Shown: positions 55,033 through 63,367 of the stretch, piece after piece
How the letters are laid out: each line of letters begins with the position of its first letter
Position numbering within the stretch: position 1 is the stretch's first letter
NCBI GenBank assembly: GCA_037130925.1
Contig: JBAXSC010000002.1
Span: 89,185 to 153,184, forward strand
DNA length: 64,000 nucleotides
Source of the DNA: Candidatus Nomurabacteria bacterium
GTDB taxonomy: Bacteria; Patescibacteriota; Minisyncoccia; Phycocordibacterales; UBA5272
Direction of reading: 5' to 3'
Program-made: the position numbers and the translations under genes
Notes under the pieces: generated by a model
What the model was told of the DNA's origin: nothing
What the model saw: the letters and a program-made list of their open reading frames with translations, nothing else
Databases searched by the model: none

Positions 55033-55647
55033 TTAATTTAAAATAGGTTTTTTTATAACATCAACCACTGTTCCATTTATACTAAAATCATCATCTTCAT
55101 GTATATAAATAGGATTGAATACTTTTGTAGAATTAGGCATTAAAACAATTCTATGATTAGAGTTTCTTTCATCCACAAATCTTTTAATAGTTGCCTTGTT
55201 TTCGACAATAGCTAAAACAACATTTCCTGTTTTCGGGTCTGTATGAGTATTATCAATTATTACGAAATCTCCATTTTCTATTTTTTTACCAAAGATTTCC
55301 ATATTATTCATAGAATCACCCTCTGCTTTTATTGCAAATAAATTCTTATAATCTTTTTGGTGTAAAAGTTTTTTAGATATAGTAACAAAACCTTGAAAAT
55401 TCTGTTCAGCAAATATAGAAGCATCTCCACAATCAGCAACACCAATAACGGGTAATCTTACAAAATCATCACTCTTCATAGTTTTGTAAATATTAAATCC
55501 CTTTTTTACCAACTGTTCAATATGATGTTTTATTTTTTGAGGAGAACTAATCTTTTCTCCTATCTTATCACCTATCTCCCTCAACGTTAATTTTTCTAAA
55601 TTCTCTTTTTTTGATAATTCTAAAATTTTCTTTTGTATTTCATGCAT
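55033..55647 (-). CDS. LexA-family repressor (wHTH plus S24 peptidase)
   Basis: N-terminal LTLREIGDKIG...IKHHIEQLVKKGF; S24 domain AIKAEGDSMNN...GDFVIIDN...ATIKRF (Ser/Lys dyad); 204 aa. Confidence 0.8.
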   Translation of the reverse strand: MHEIQKKILELSKKENLEKLTLREIGDKIGEKISSPQKIKHHIEQLVKKGFNIYKTMKSDDFVRLPVIGVADCGDASIFAEQNFQGFVTISKKLLHQKDYKNLFAIKAEGDSMNNMEIFGKKIENGDFVIIDNTHTDPKTGNVVLAIVENKATIKRFVDERNSNHRIVLMPNSTKVFNPIYIHEDDDFSINGTVVDVIKKPILN

Positions 55648-55711
55648 ATTTTTATATCTATATTAATTTTATCAATTTTAAGTTTTTAGTCAAGTATTTT
55701 TGTGGATAAGT

Positions 55712-55765
55712 CTTAACAAACTTAACAACTTAATTCTTGACAAGCAAATTTGATTTTGCTAAAAT
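55712..55765 (+). promoter_or_regulatory. putative promoter with tandem operator-like repeats, divergent from the LexA-like gene
   Basis: CTTAACAA at 55712-55719 and 55721-55728, then CTTAATTC at 55729-55736. TTGACA (55737-55742), 17-nt spacer, TAAAAT (55760-55765). Confidence 0.5.
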
Positions 55766-55841
55766 TAATATAATGTTTGGGTGCTCCCTATCAGGAAACA
55801 CGGTCAACAAACAGATTATTAATAAAATTTATTTTAAAACT

Positions 55842-55964
55842 ATGCAAAAGAAGCATGATTGGAATAAAGAACAACCACATAAGGCTAGCGACGGAACAAT
55901 TGCAAGCAGAAAATATGCTGAAAATAATCCTAACAAAGTTGAATGGGTAAAAGTTAAAAAATAA
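55842..55964 (+). CDS. small hypothetical protein
   Basis: 40-aa reading frame from the ATG at 55842 (MQKKHDWNKEQPHKASDG...). The track ORF start at 55737 is the promoter -35 TTG. Confidence 0.3.
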   Translation: MQKKHDWNKEQPHKASDGTIASRKYAENNPNKVEWVKVKK

Positions 55965-55968
55965 ATGT

Positions 55969-56385
55969 ATGGAAACAATTGAAATACCAATGATTCATGA
56001 AGCGATACACACTCCTAAAAAAGGAGATATTATACTTGAATTAACGGATATTCAATATCATACAAATATAACTCCAACTACTAATATAGTTAAAAAAATT
56101 AGGAAAGCAATTTTTAAAAATCAAAAAGACAGAATATATTCGCCTATTGATAAATTGTTTCAACCTATTATAGCTGTAAAAGAAGATGGGGTTATGAAAT
56201 ATTCGGTACCTTTTATTGATCAAGAACAAATATCTATTTTACTTAAAAAATTCCATTCTGAGGGTAAGAGAGTGTTTATTAAAAAGACAAACAATATACA
56301 AGTCTTACCAGGAAAAGATACTATTGAATTTATAAATAGTATTAAAGGAAAAAGAATATTAAGAAAATTTGATAAAGATCAATAA
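55969..56385 (+). CDS. hypothetical protein
   Basis: 138-aa ORF; no motif recognised. Confidence 0.5.
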   Translation: METIEIPMIHEAIHTPKKGDIILELTDIQYHTNITPTTNIVKKIRKAIFKNQKDRIYSPIDKLFQPIIAVKEDGVMKYSVPFIDQEQISILLKKFHSEGKRVFIKKTNNIQVLPGKDTIEFINSIKGKRILRKFDKDQ

Positions 56386-56432
56386 GATCAAAATACGCAG
56401 TAAAAAGTGAGTAGTGTAGGATCGTAAAAGAT

Positions 56433-56504
56433 AATGCCTATTCCACGTAAGAAATAATGGAACATTGGACCTCTGTTATTTCGTGTGTGGAATAGGCATT
56501 TTTC
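56433..56504 (+). terminator. long hairpin / intrinsic terminator
   Basis: AATGCCTATTCCAC (56433-56446) pairs with GTGGAATAGGCATT (56487-56500), with an inner GAAATAA/TTATTTC helix, then TTTT. Confidence 0.6.
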
Positions 56505-56547
56505 TATTTCATACATTTTATTAAAAATAAAATTTATAAAAAAAATT

Positions 56548-57846
56548 ATGAAAAATAAAATTGTTTGGACTACAGTCCAAAGAAAAGTAAAAGACTTAAT
56601 AGCAACGGAAATAAATCCGAGAAAAATTTCAGACAAACAAATGTCTGATCTTAAAAAGAGTTTAAAACGTTTTAATTTAGCAGAAATACCAGCTATCAAT
56701 TTAGACGGAAAAATATTAGCCGGTCATCAAAGAATAAAAGCGTTAATTCTTCTAAAAAGAGAGAATGAAATAATAGATATTCGCGTGCCTAATAGATTAC
56801 TAGACGAAAAAGAAGCAAAACAGTATCTACTCTCCTCTAATTCCATTAGAGGAGATTGGGATTTTGAATTATTATCACAAAATTTCGAAAAAGATTTTCT
56901 TTTAGACATTGGTTTTGATTCTTTAGATCTTGCAAAGATTTTTGAAAATAAAAATAGTCTTAAAAATGAAAGTTTTTCAGTCGAAAAGGAACTGCAGAAT
57001 ATTAAAATTCCTAAAGTTAAGACTGGTGACCATATAATTTTAGGAAGACATCATCTTATTTGTGGAGATTCCACAAATCCATCCATAATAAAAAAGTTAA
57101 TGGGTAAGGAGAAAACTGCTCTAGTAATCCAAGACCCACCTTTTAACATATCCCTTAATTACAACAAAGGAGTTGGAGGGAAAAAATCAAATAAAAATTA
57201 TGGAGGGGAAATAAATGATAGTTTGTCAGATAAAGATTATAAATCATTTATTAAAAGTATGATTAGTAATGCATTATTGGTTTCCAGCAAAGATTGTCAC
57301 TTTGCTTATTATTGTGACGAAAGATATATATGGGTTTTACAGACTATATATAAAGAGCTTGGTATTGAAAATAGAAGAGTGTTGGTGTGGATTAAAAACA
57401 ATTCTTCACCCACACCACAAGTCGCTTTTAACAAATGTATGGAATACATAGTTTACGGAACCAAAGGATCTCCGTTTTTAGCGAATGATTATAAAAATCT
57501 AAATGAAGTTATAAATGAAGACTTAACAAATGGAAATAAATTATTAGATGATATTTCTAATCTGTTATTAATTAAAAGATTGCCAAGCAACAAAATGGAT
57601 CATCCAACAGAGAAATCCCCTCTTCTGCATCACAAAATAATAAAAAGATGCTCAAAGGTAGACGATATTATTATAGATTTAACAGCTGGATCAGGATCAT
57701 TAATGGTAGCTTGTGAACAATTAGGTCGAACTGCTTACATGATTGAAAAAACTCCCATCTTTTGTGATCTAATTATAAAAAGATACGAATCTTTCACAAA
57801 CAAGAAAGCTAAAATAATCTCTAATAAAAATTATGAAAAGAAATAA
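56548..57846 (+). CDS. ParB-like nuclease domain fused to N6/N4 DNA methyltransferase
   Basis: N-terminal ParB-type INPRKISDKQMSDLKKSLKRFNL...LAGHQR. MTase motif IV IQDPPFNI and motif I DLTAGSGS. Start set at MKNKIVW. Confidence 0.8.
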   Translation: MKNKIVWTTVQRKVKDLIATEINPRKISDKQMSDLKKSLKRFNLAEIPAINLDGKILAGHQRIKALILLKRENEIIDIRVPNRLLDEKEAKQYLLSSNSIRGDWDFELLSQNFEKDFLLDIGFDSLDLAKIFENKNSLKNESFSVEKELQNIKIPKVKTGDHIILGRHHLICGDSTNPSIIKKLMGKEKTALVIQDPPFNISLNYNKGVGGKKSNKNYGGEINDSLSDKDYKSFIKSMISNALLVSSKDCHFAYYCDERYIWVLQTIYKELGIENRRVLVWIKNNSSPTPQVAFNKCMEYIVYGTKGSPFLANDYKNLNEVINEDLTNGNKLLDDISNLLLIKRLPSNKMDHPTEKSPLLHHKIIKRCSKVDDIIIDLTAGSGSLMVACEQLGRTAYMIEKTPIFCDLIIKRYESFTNKKAKIISNKNYEKK

Positions 57847-58255
57847 AAGTAAAGATAAGGTTTTAGAAGAGTTAAAAAAAGTCCCTATAATCCAAGTAGC
57901 TTGTGAAAAAACAGGAATCTCTAGAAATACTTTTTATAGATGGAAAAAAGAAATAAAAAGTTTTTCAAAAGAAGTTGATAAGTCTATGGAAGAGGGTGTT
58001 GCATTAATGAATGATATTACCGAATCACAATTACTAAGTATGATTAAAGATAGAGACTTTAGAGCAATATCTTTTTGGCTTAGGCATAGAAATGATAATT
58101 ATAAAAATAAGATTGAAGTTACAACTAAGGAAGACTTTGAAGAACTATCACCTTCTCAGATAAATGTTGTAAAACAAGCACTTAAACTAGCCAAAATGAC
58201 TCAAATTAAAAGCATTAAAAACATAAATAAAAAATATGAATCAAATAATAAATAA
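57833..58255 (+). CDS. HTH protein, probable terminase small subunit
   Basis: N-terminal HTH IIQVACEKTGISRNTFYRWKKE. It lies immediately upstream of, and overlaps, the large terminase gene. Confidence 0.5.
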   Translation: MKRNKSKDKVLEELKKVPIIQVACEKTGISRNTFYRWKKEIKSFSKEVDKSMEEGVALMNDITESQLLSMIKDRDFRAISFWLRHRNDNYKNKIEVTTKEDFEELSPSQINVVKQALKLAKMTQIKSIKNINKKYESNNK

Positions 58256-59735
58256 AAACCTTGAAGACACAATGATTAAAGATCGTATGATTAGAATAAA
58301 TTTAACCAGAGAAAGTTTTCTTTACTTTTTCCACTTCTATTATGCTCATTATGTAAAATATGAGACAGCAGACTTTCAAAAAGAAATTATCTATAATCTT
58401 GAAAAATCAGGAACAGATAATTTATATATAGTTGCTTTTCGTGGATCTGGAAAATCTACCATGGTTACAACTGCATATCCTATTTGGTCAATTCTTGGAA
58501 AACAAGGAAAGAAATTTTGCGTTATATTCTGTCAGACTAAAGCTCAAGCGAAACAACATATGATGAATATTCGTGCAGAACTTGAAAATAACGAGGTCTT
58601 AAAAAGAGATCTTGGACCATTTCGAGAAGAAAGTGACGAGTGGGGTTCTCAGTCGCTAGTATTCAAAAAGCACGGTGCTAGAATAACTATAGCATCAAGT
58701 GATCAAAGTATTCGTGGGCTTCGCCATAATGAACATCGTCCAGATCTAATCATTTGCGATGACGTAGAAGACGTTCAGTCTACTAAAACTCGTGAGGGAC
58801 GAGATAAAACATATAACTGGCTACATGGTGAAGTTATTCCTTCTGGAGATAAAAACACAAGACTAATTATTGTAGGTAATTTATTACATGAGGATTCACT
58901 TCTAATGCGTATCAAAGAAGAAATCTCACAAGGAAGAGCAAAAGGTATTTTTAAAGAATATCCTTTGCTTGATAAAAACGAAGAATGTCTATGGCCAGGA
59001 AAATACAAAGATAAAAAAGATCTTGAAGATGAAAAATTAAAAGTCTCAAGTGAAATCTCTTGGCAACGAGAATATTTACTACGTATTATTCCAAGTGATG
59101 ATCAAGTTATCTATCCAGAGTGGATCCAATTCTACGATGATTTGCCTCATGTAGGACATAAAGCATATAGAGGAACTTATGCAGGTGTTGATCTTGCAAT
59201 ATCTTCTAATGAATGTGCTGACTCTACAGCTGTAGTTATGGCAAATATTTATGGGAGAAGAGATAAGTTGCGTATATACATTCTTCCAAATCCTATTAAT
59301 AAAAAATTAAACTTTCCTGCACAAGTCGATTTGCTGAAAGATATAAAAAATACACAAATGCCAAAATCGACAGATAAAATATTTGTTGAAAGTGTTGCTT
59401 ATCAAGAAGCTTTACCACAGATGTTAGAAATGCAAGGAATTAAAGCGGAAGCTGTTAAACCAAAAGGAGATAAGAGAACTAGACTATCTCTAACTTCTAC
59501 TGCTATAAAATCTGGAATTATTAAATTCCCTAGACATGGATGTGAAGAACTACTTCAACAGATTATAGGATTTGGAGTGGAAAAGCATGATGATCTAGCT
59601 GACGCTTTTTCACTTCTTATTAATTCAACATTAGATAAACATGCAAGAGAGGGTACTATAATCTTCGCCTTTTTAGGTATGAACGGAGAAGACGATAATA
59701 TAATTGGGTATTCAGACTATATAGATGTTGGTTAA
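58236..59735 (+). CDS. terminase large subunit
   Basis: Walker A FRGSGKST, Walker B LIICDDVED, and nuclease-domain acidic residues (AGVDLA..., EKHDDLADAF). Confidence 0.8.
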   Translation: MNQIINKNLEDTMIKDRMIRINLTRESFLYFFHFYYAHYVKYETADFQKEIIYNLEKSGTDNLYIVAFRGSGKSTMVTTAYPIWSILGKQGKKFCVIFCQTKAQAKQHMMNIRAELENNEVLKRDLGPFREESDEWGSQSLVFKKHGARITIASSDQSIRGLRHNEHRPDLIICDDVEDVQSTKTREGRDKTYNWLHGEVIPSGDKNTRLIIVGNLLHEDSLLMRIKEEISQGRAKGIFKEYPLLDKNEECLWPGKYKDKKDLEDEKLKVSSEISWQREYLLRIIPSDDQVIYPEWIQFYDDLPHVGHKAYRGTYAGVDLAISSNECADSTAVVMANIYGRRDKLRIYILPNPINKKLNFPAQVDLLKDIKNTQMPKSTDKIFVESVAYQEALPQMLEMQGIKAEAVKPKGDKRTRLSLTSTAIKSGIIKFPRHGCEELLQQIIGFGVEKHDDLADAFSLLINSTLDKHAREGTIIFAFLGMNGEDDNIIGYSDYIDVG

Positions 59736-60262
59736 TATTTTTTATAATATTCCTTACCGTCTATTTTAAGAGATACAATTTCTCCGCCTTTTCCATTTGT
59801 ATAATCTAATTTTGCATATATGCTTGATCTAAGCATTGCACCAAAACTATTTTGACTATCAACTGTTCCAAAGACAATAATATATGCTGTACCAGTTGCA
59901 CTTTCAACTTCTTCTCTTTCGCTTAAATTAAATTTAGCAGTAGACGGAGCTTTTAAAAGACCTTCGACTTGATTTTGGACAAATACTTCTGCTTCGATTT
60001 CGTGACTTTTTAAATTATTTACAACATCCATTCTTTTTTCTTCGTCAGTTTTTGGTTGAATTGTTGCTGTAGTTTCTTTTGTATTATTTACAGTTTCTGG
60101 CATTAGAGATCCTGATATTGCTAGAAATATAACGGAAAGACAAATAAAAATAACACGAATCTTTTTAAGCTCTTTTTGTTTCTTAAAAAGATTAATAAAT
60201 AGTTTTGGTTTAAAAATACCAATTACAGATATAACAAATAATATTGAAAATAATGTATACAT
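59732..60262 (-). CDS. membrane-anchored hypothetical protein
   Basis: Start set at the ATG (MYTLFSILFVISVIGIF). Two N-terminal hydrophobic segments, then a soluble domain. Confidence 0.5.
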   Translation of the reverse strand: MYTLFSILFVISVIGIFKPKLFINLFKKQKELKKIRVIFICLSVIFLAISGSLMPETVNNTKETTATIQPKTDEEKRMDVVNNLKSHEIEAEVFVQNQVEGLLKAPSTAKFNLSEREEVESATGTAYIIVFGTVDSQNSFGAMLRSSIYAKLDYTNGKGGEIVSLKIDGKEYYKKY

Positions 60263-60296
60263 AATTTGGACGGTTTTATAATTTTGATTAGGTAGC

Positions 60297-60404
60297 AAAA
60301 AACTCCTAGCCAGTTCCGGTATACCCCGTGAGGCATACCCACATCCGTTTCCAGATGTGACCGTCCAAAGTAGACTCTGACTAGGAGATCTTTACTTTGG
60401 ACGG
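60297..60404 (-). ncRNA. candidate structured RNA / leader (GC-rich multi-helix element ending in a U-run)
   Basis: Minus strand: outer helix 60379-60387/60303-60311 (9 bp with one G.U). Hairpins 60340-60345/60354-60359 and 60318-60325/60332-60339 (one G.U). 60393-60404 pairs with 60361-60372. U6 run at 60297-60302. Both mismatches are G.U only on the minus strand. Confidence 0.5.
60361..60380 (+). repeat. 20-nt repeat, copy 1 (CCGTCCAAAGTAGACTCTGA)
   Basis: 19/20 identical to 61315-61334. The core CCGTCCAAA also occurs inverted at 60265-60273 and 60396-60404. Confidence 0.85.
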
Positions 60405-60522
60405 ATATTTGAAACCATGCTTTATTGCTAAAGTTTAGGTTATTTGTAATAAATAATAGCATAATTCAAACTATTATTCTATAATTATTATATCGCAATA
60501 ATTAAAAAAGTCAGATCTATAT

Positions 60523-61251
60523 ATGCCACAAAAGAAAATAGATGAAATAACGTTAACATTTGGAACTTATATGAATCCTGGTATCTTTAATAAAGATTTT
60601 GTTAAAGGATTGAAATATCTTAAAAATTTTGATCAAAAAAGATTTAATAAATATAATAAAATATTATTAGCTATAAGTTGGTTTTCTAAAAAACTTTTAA
60701 GATACGAATTATACTTTTCTAAATTCTATAATGAAAATATATCTGATACGGAAGCATTAGAACATCATGTTAATTCTTATTTACAAGATACTGAAGCTTT
60801 AAAAAATAAATTACTTAATTATCTTGGTTCGTTAAAAAATGATCTTAAAAAGATTTATGTAAATAAAGAAGATATTGAAAAAGTTTATAAACACCTATCT
60901 TCACAAATAGAAAAATCTTTCAAGAAAGTAACACTCCTTAGTACAGAACATAGACATGGAAATTTTAGATTTTTAGATTCAGATTTAATAGAAGCTCAAA
61001 CCATGAGCATGCTTTTAGAACAAAAAAATATTCTTCCACTTTCAGCCCAAGGAATTAATTTGGTTAATGCAAGACTGGAAGAATCTCTTAAGAAATCTAA
61101 AGATAGGTGGATAAAAAATGCAAATAATAATGAATCTCAAATAATTGGAGTTGTTGAAGAAACTCTAGAAAGAACAGAAGACATGTTATACAAAGCTGTT
61201 GGAATAGAAAAAGTAATTTTTAATAACATATCTCAAAATGAAATAAATTAA
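60523..61251 (+). CDS. hypothetical helical protein
   Basis: 242-aa ORF lying between the repeat copies. No confident motif; the EHRHGNF stretch was noted but not assigned. Confidence 0.5.
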   Translation: MPQKKIDEITLTFGTYMNPGIFNKDFVKGLKYLKNFDQKRFNKYNKILLAISWFSKKLLRYELYFSKFYNENISDTEALEHHVNSYLQDTEALKNKLLNYLGSLKNDLKKIYVNKEDIEKVYKHLSSQIEKSFKKVTLLSTEHRHGNFRFLDSDLIEAQTMSMLLEQKNILPLSAQGINLVNARLEESLKKSKDRWIKNANNNESQIIGVVEETLERTEDMLYKAVGIEKVIFNNISQNEIN

Positions 61252-61314
61252 TAGTTCTGCATAGACTTAGCAAACAAATTGTTTTCTGTCATCATTAATA
61301 TATAAGAGTCTAAA

Positions 61315-61334
61315 CCGTCCAAAGTAAACTCTGA
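61315..61334 (+). repeat. 20-nt repeat, copy 2 (CCGTCCAAAGTAAACTCTGA), 11 nt upstream of the LSR3 start
   Basis: Direct repeat of 60361-60380. Its first 14 nt are a perfect inverted repeat of 60391-60404. Confidence 0.85.
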
Positions 61335-61345
61335 TATATAAACAT

Positions 61346-62647
61346 ATGAACAATCAAAGTGTGGGAAAGATAGAGAATAATATTGTATTTACAGAAGAAA
61401 AAGTTAGATATGTTTTATATGCTCGTAAATCAACTGAATCAGACGAGCAACAAGCCTTATCAATAGACTCTCAGATCAAAGAAATGACAGCCATAGCAGA
61501 ACGTCTGAATCTTAATGTTATATCTATTAAAAAAGAATCTCATTCAGCTAAAGCCTCTGGCCAAAGACCTGTATTTAAAGAATTATTAGAAGAAATAAAT
61601 AAAGGTATCTATAATGGAATACTTACTTGGGCACCTGATAGGTTATCTAGAAACGCTGGGGATCTTGGCACTGTTGTAGATCTGATGGATGAAAAGAAAT
61701 TGATTCATATTCAAACTTATGGACAGACCTTTTCTAATTCTCCTAATGAAAAGTTTCTATTAATGATTTTATGTTCTCAAGCTAAGTTAGAGAATGATAA
61801 TAAATCTATAAATGTAAAAAGAGGAATGAGAGCAGTAGTAGAAATGGGATTATTCCCAGGTAGACCCCCTACTGGATATCTACCCTCAAAAAATGTGGAT
61901 GAAAAATGTTTAGCTGTCATAGATGAACCAAGAGCAAATATTGTAAGAGAAGTTTTTGAAAAAATAGCATATCAAAATATATCAGCAAGAAAAGTTTATG
62001 ATTGGTTAATAAAAGAAAAACATTTTAAACCAATCTCTAATAAAACTTTTAGTTTAGGTAACTACTATTTAATGCTCCATAACACTTTCTATTATGGAGT
62101 TTTTGAATATCCAAAAAATGGTGGTCAATGGTATAAAGGAAAACATATACCCATAATCTCAAAAGAGGTTTTTGATTTAGCACAAAAAAATATTAAAAAT
62201 CAAACATTAAGATCTGGAAATTATGAAGATAAAGAATTTGCTTTTACAAAATTATTAACATGTTCTTATTGTGGATCTGGTATTACAGCAGATGAAAAAA
62301 TAAAGAAACAAAAGAACGGAAATATCCATAAATATATTTATTACAGATGCACTAAAGTTAGAAATAGAGATTGCGAATTTAAATCTATAAGAGAAGAAGA
62401 TTTGATTGAACAACTTAAAAATATAGTTGATACGACTGATATAAATAAAATACATATTAAAGAAAAGATATCTAATGACATCAAAAGGTATAAACTTTTT
62501 CAGGCTAAATTTTCAAATCAAAAAATTAATAATTTATTAATCAAAAATATTGATATACAAGAATATATTAAGTTTATTTTAGACAATGGGAAAATGGAAG
62601 AAAAGAGAGAGGTATTGGGATGTTTTAAAGATAAAATTAATATATAG
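61346..62647 (+). CDS. serine recombinase (short large-serine-recombinase type)
   Basis: YARKSTESDEQQALSIDSQ, PDRLSRNAGDLG, a recombinase domain, and a Zn-ribbon CSYCGS...YYRCTK. At 433 aa it lacks the long C-terminal coiled-coil of the other two. Confidence 0.88.
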   Translation: MNNQSVGKIENNIVFTEEKVRYVLYARKSTESDEQQALSIDSQIKEMTAIAERLNLNVISIKKESHSAKASGQRPVFKELLEEINKGIYNGILTWAPDRLSRNAGDLGTVVDLMDEKKLIHIQTYGQTFSNSPNEKFLLMILCSQAKLENDNKSINVKRGMRAVVEMGLFPGRPPTGYLPSKNVDEKCLAVIDEPRANIVREVFEKIAYQNISARKVYDWLIKEKHFKPISNKTFSLGNYYLMLHNTFYYGVFEYPKNGGQWYKGKHIPIISKEVFDLAQKNIKNQTLRSGNYEDKEFAFTKLLTCSYCGSGITADEKIKKQKNGNIHKYIYYRCTKVRNRDCEFKSIREEDLIEQLKNIVDTTDINKIHIKEKISNDIKRYKLFQAKFSNQKINNLLIKNIDIQEYIKFILDNGKMEEKREVLGCFKDKINI

Positions 62648-62713
62648 ATTCCACAATAAATAAACAATTTTGTACATATTAATAATATCTAATTAAAATG
62701 ATAAAATAAAAAT

Positions 62714-63364
62714 ATGAATAAGCATAATAAAAAATCAATAATAAACACAATACAAAATATTGATTGTTTAGAGGGAATAAAAAAAATTCCTGATGGAAAA
62801 GTTGATCTTATTTTTACAGACCCTCCTTATGGATTAAATAAAGCAGGTATTAAAAATGATGAAAATTTAGAAGTTTTTTATAAGATTCTGCCAGAATGTT
62901 ACCGAGTTTTAAAAGACGATGCTTTTTTTATAACTTTTTTCAGTACTAAATTTTTACCAGATGTTTTTAAAAATAACCCTTTTACATATTATTGGAATTT
63001 TGTATTGTATTGTCCAAACGGAAGAGTTTCTTCAAGTATTGGTTTTACTAAATATATGAGTTGTATTGTTTTTAAAAAAGGAAATGCAAAAATAGTTAAA
63101 AAAGGAAAAGATATTTTTGTAGACACTCCAGGTAGAATGATTGAACCTGATGAAGGTTTTATTGATCATCCAACACCAAAACCAAAAACTTTTATAAAAG
63201 ATATATTGCAAATGTTTTCAAAAGAAAATGATATTGTTTTAGATCCTTTTATTGGAAGTGGTAGTTTGGCTGTTGCTTGTAAACAAACAAAGAGAAGATA
63301 TGTAGGATTCGAAATAGATAAAAATTATTATAAATTAGCAAATACTAGATTAAAAAAATTTTAA
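62714..63364 (+). CDS. DNA methyltransferase (N6-adenine/N4-cytosine, beta-class order)
   Basis: Motif IV FTDPPYGL lies N-terminal and motif I DPFIGSGS lies C-terminal. Confidence 0.85.
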   Translation: MNKHNKKSIINTIQNIDCLEGIKKIPDGKVDLIFTDPPYGLNKAGIKNDENLEVFYKILPECYRVLKDDAFFITFFSTKFLPDVFKNNPFTYYWNFVLYCPNGRVSSSIGFTKYMSCIVFKKGNAKIVKKGKDIFVDTPGRMIEPDEGFIDHPTPKPKTFIKDILQMFSKENDIVLDPFIGSGSLAVACKQTKRRYVGFEIDKNYYKLANTRLKKF

Positions 63365-63367
63365 AGT

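Noticed and set aside
56388-56699. 103-aa minus-strand ORF
   Set aside because: It covers the long terminator hairpin and the 5' end of the ParB-methylase gene on the opposite strand.
60223-60462. 79-aa minus-strand ORF
   Set aside because: It reads through the GC-rich multi-helix element and its U-run. The helices, with strand-specific G.U pairs, explain the sequence better.
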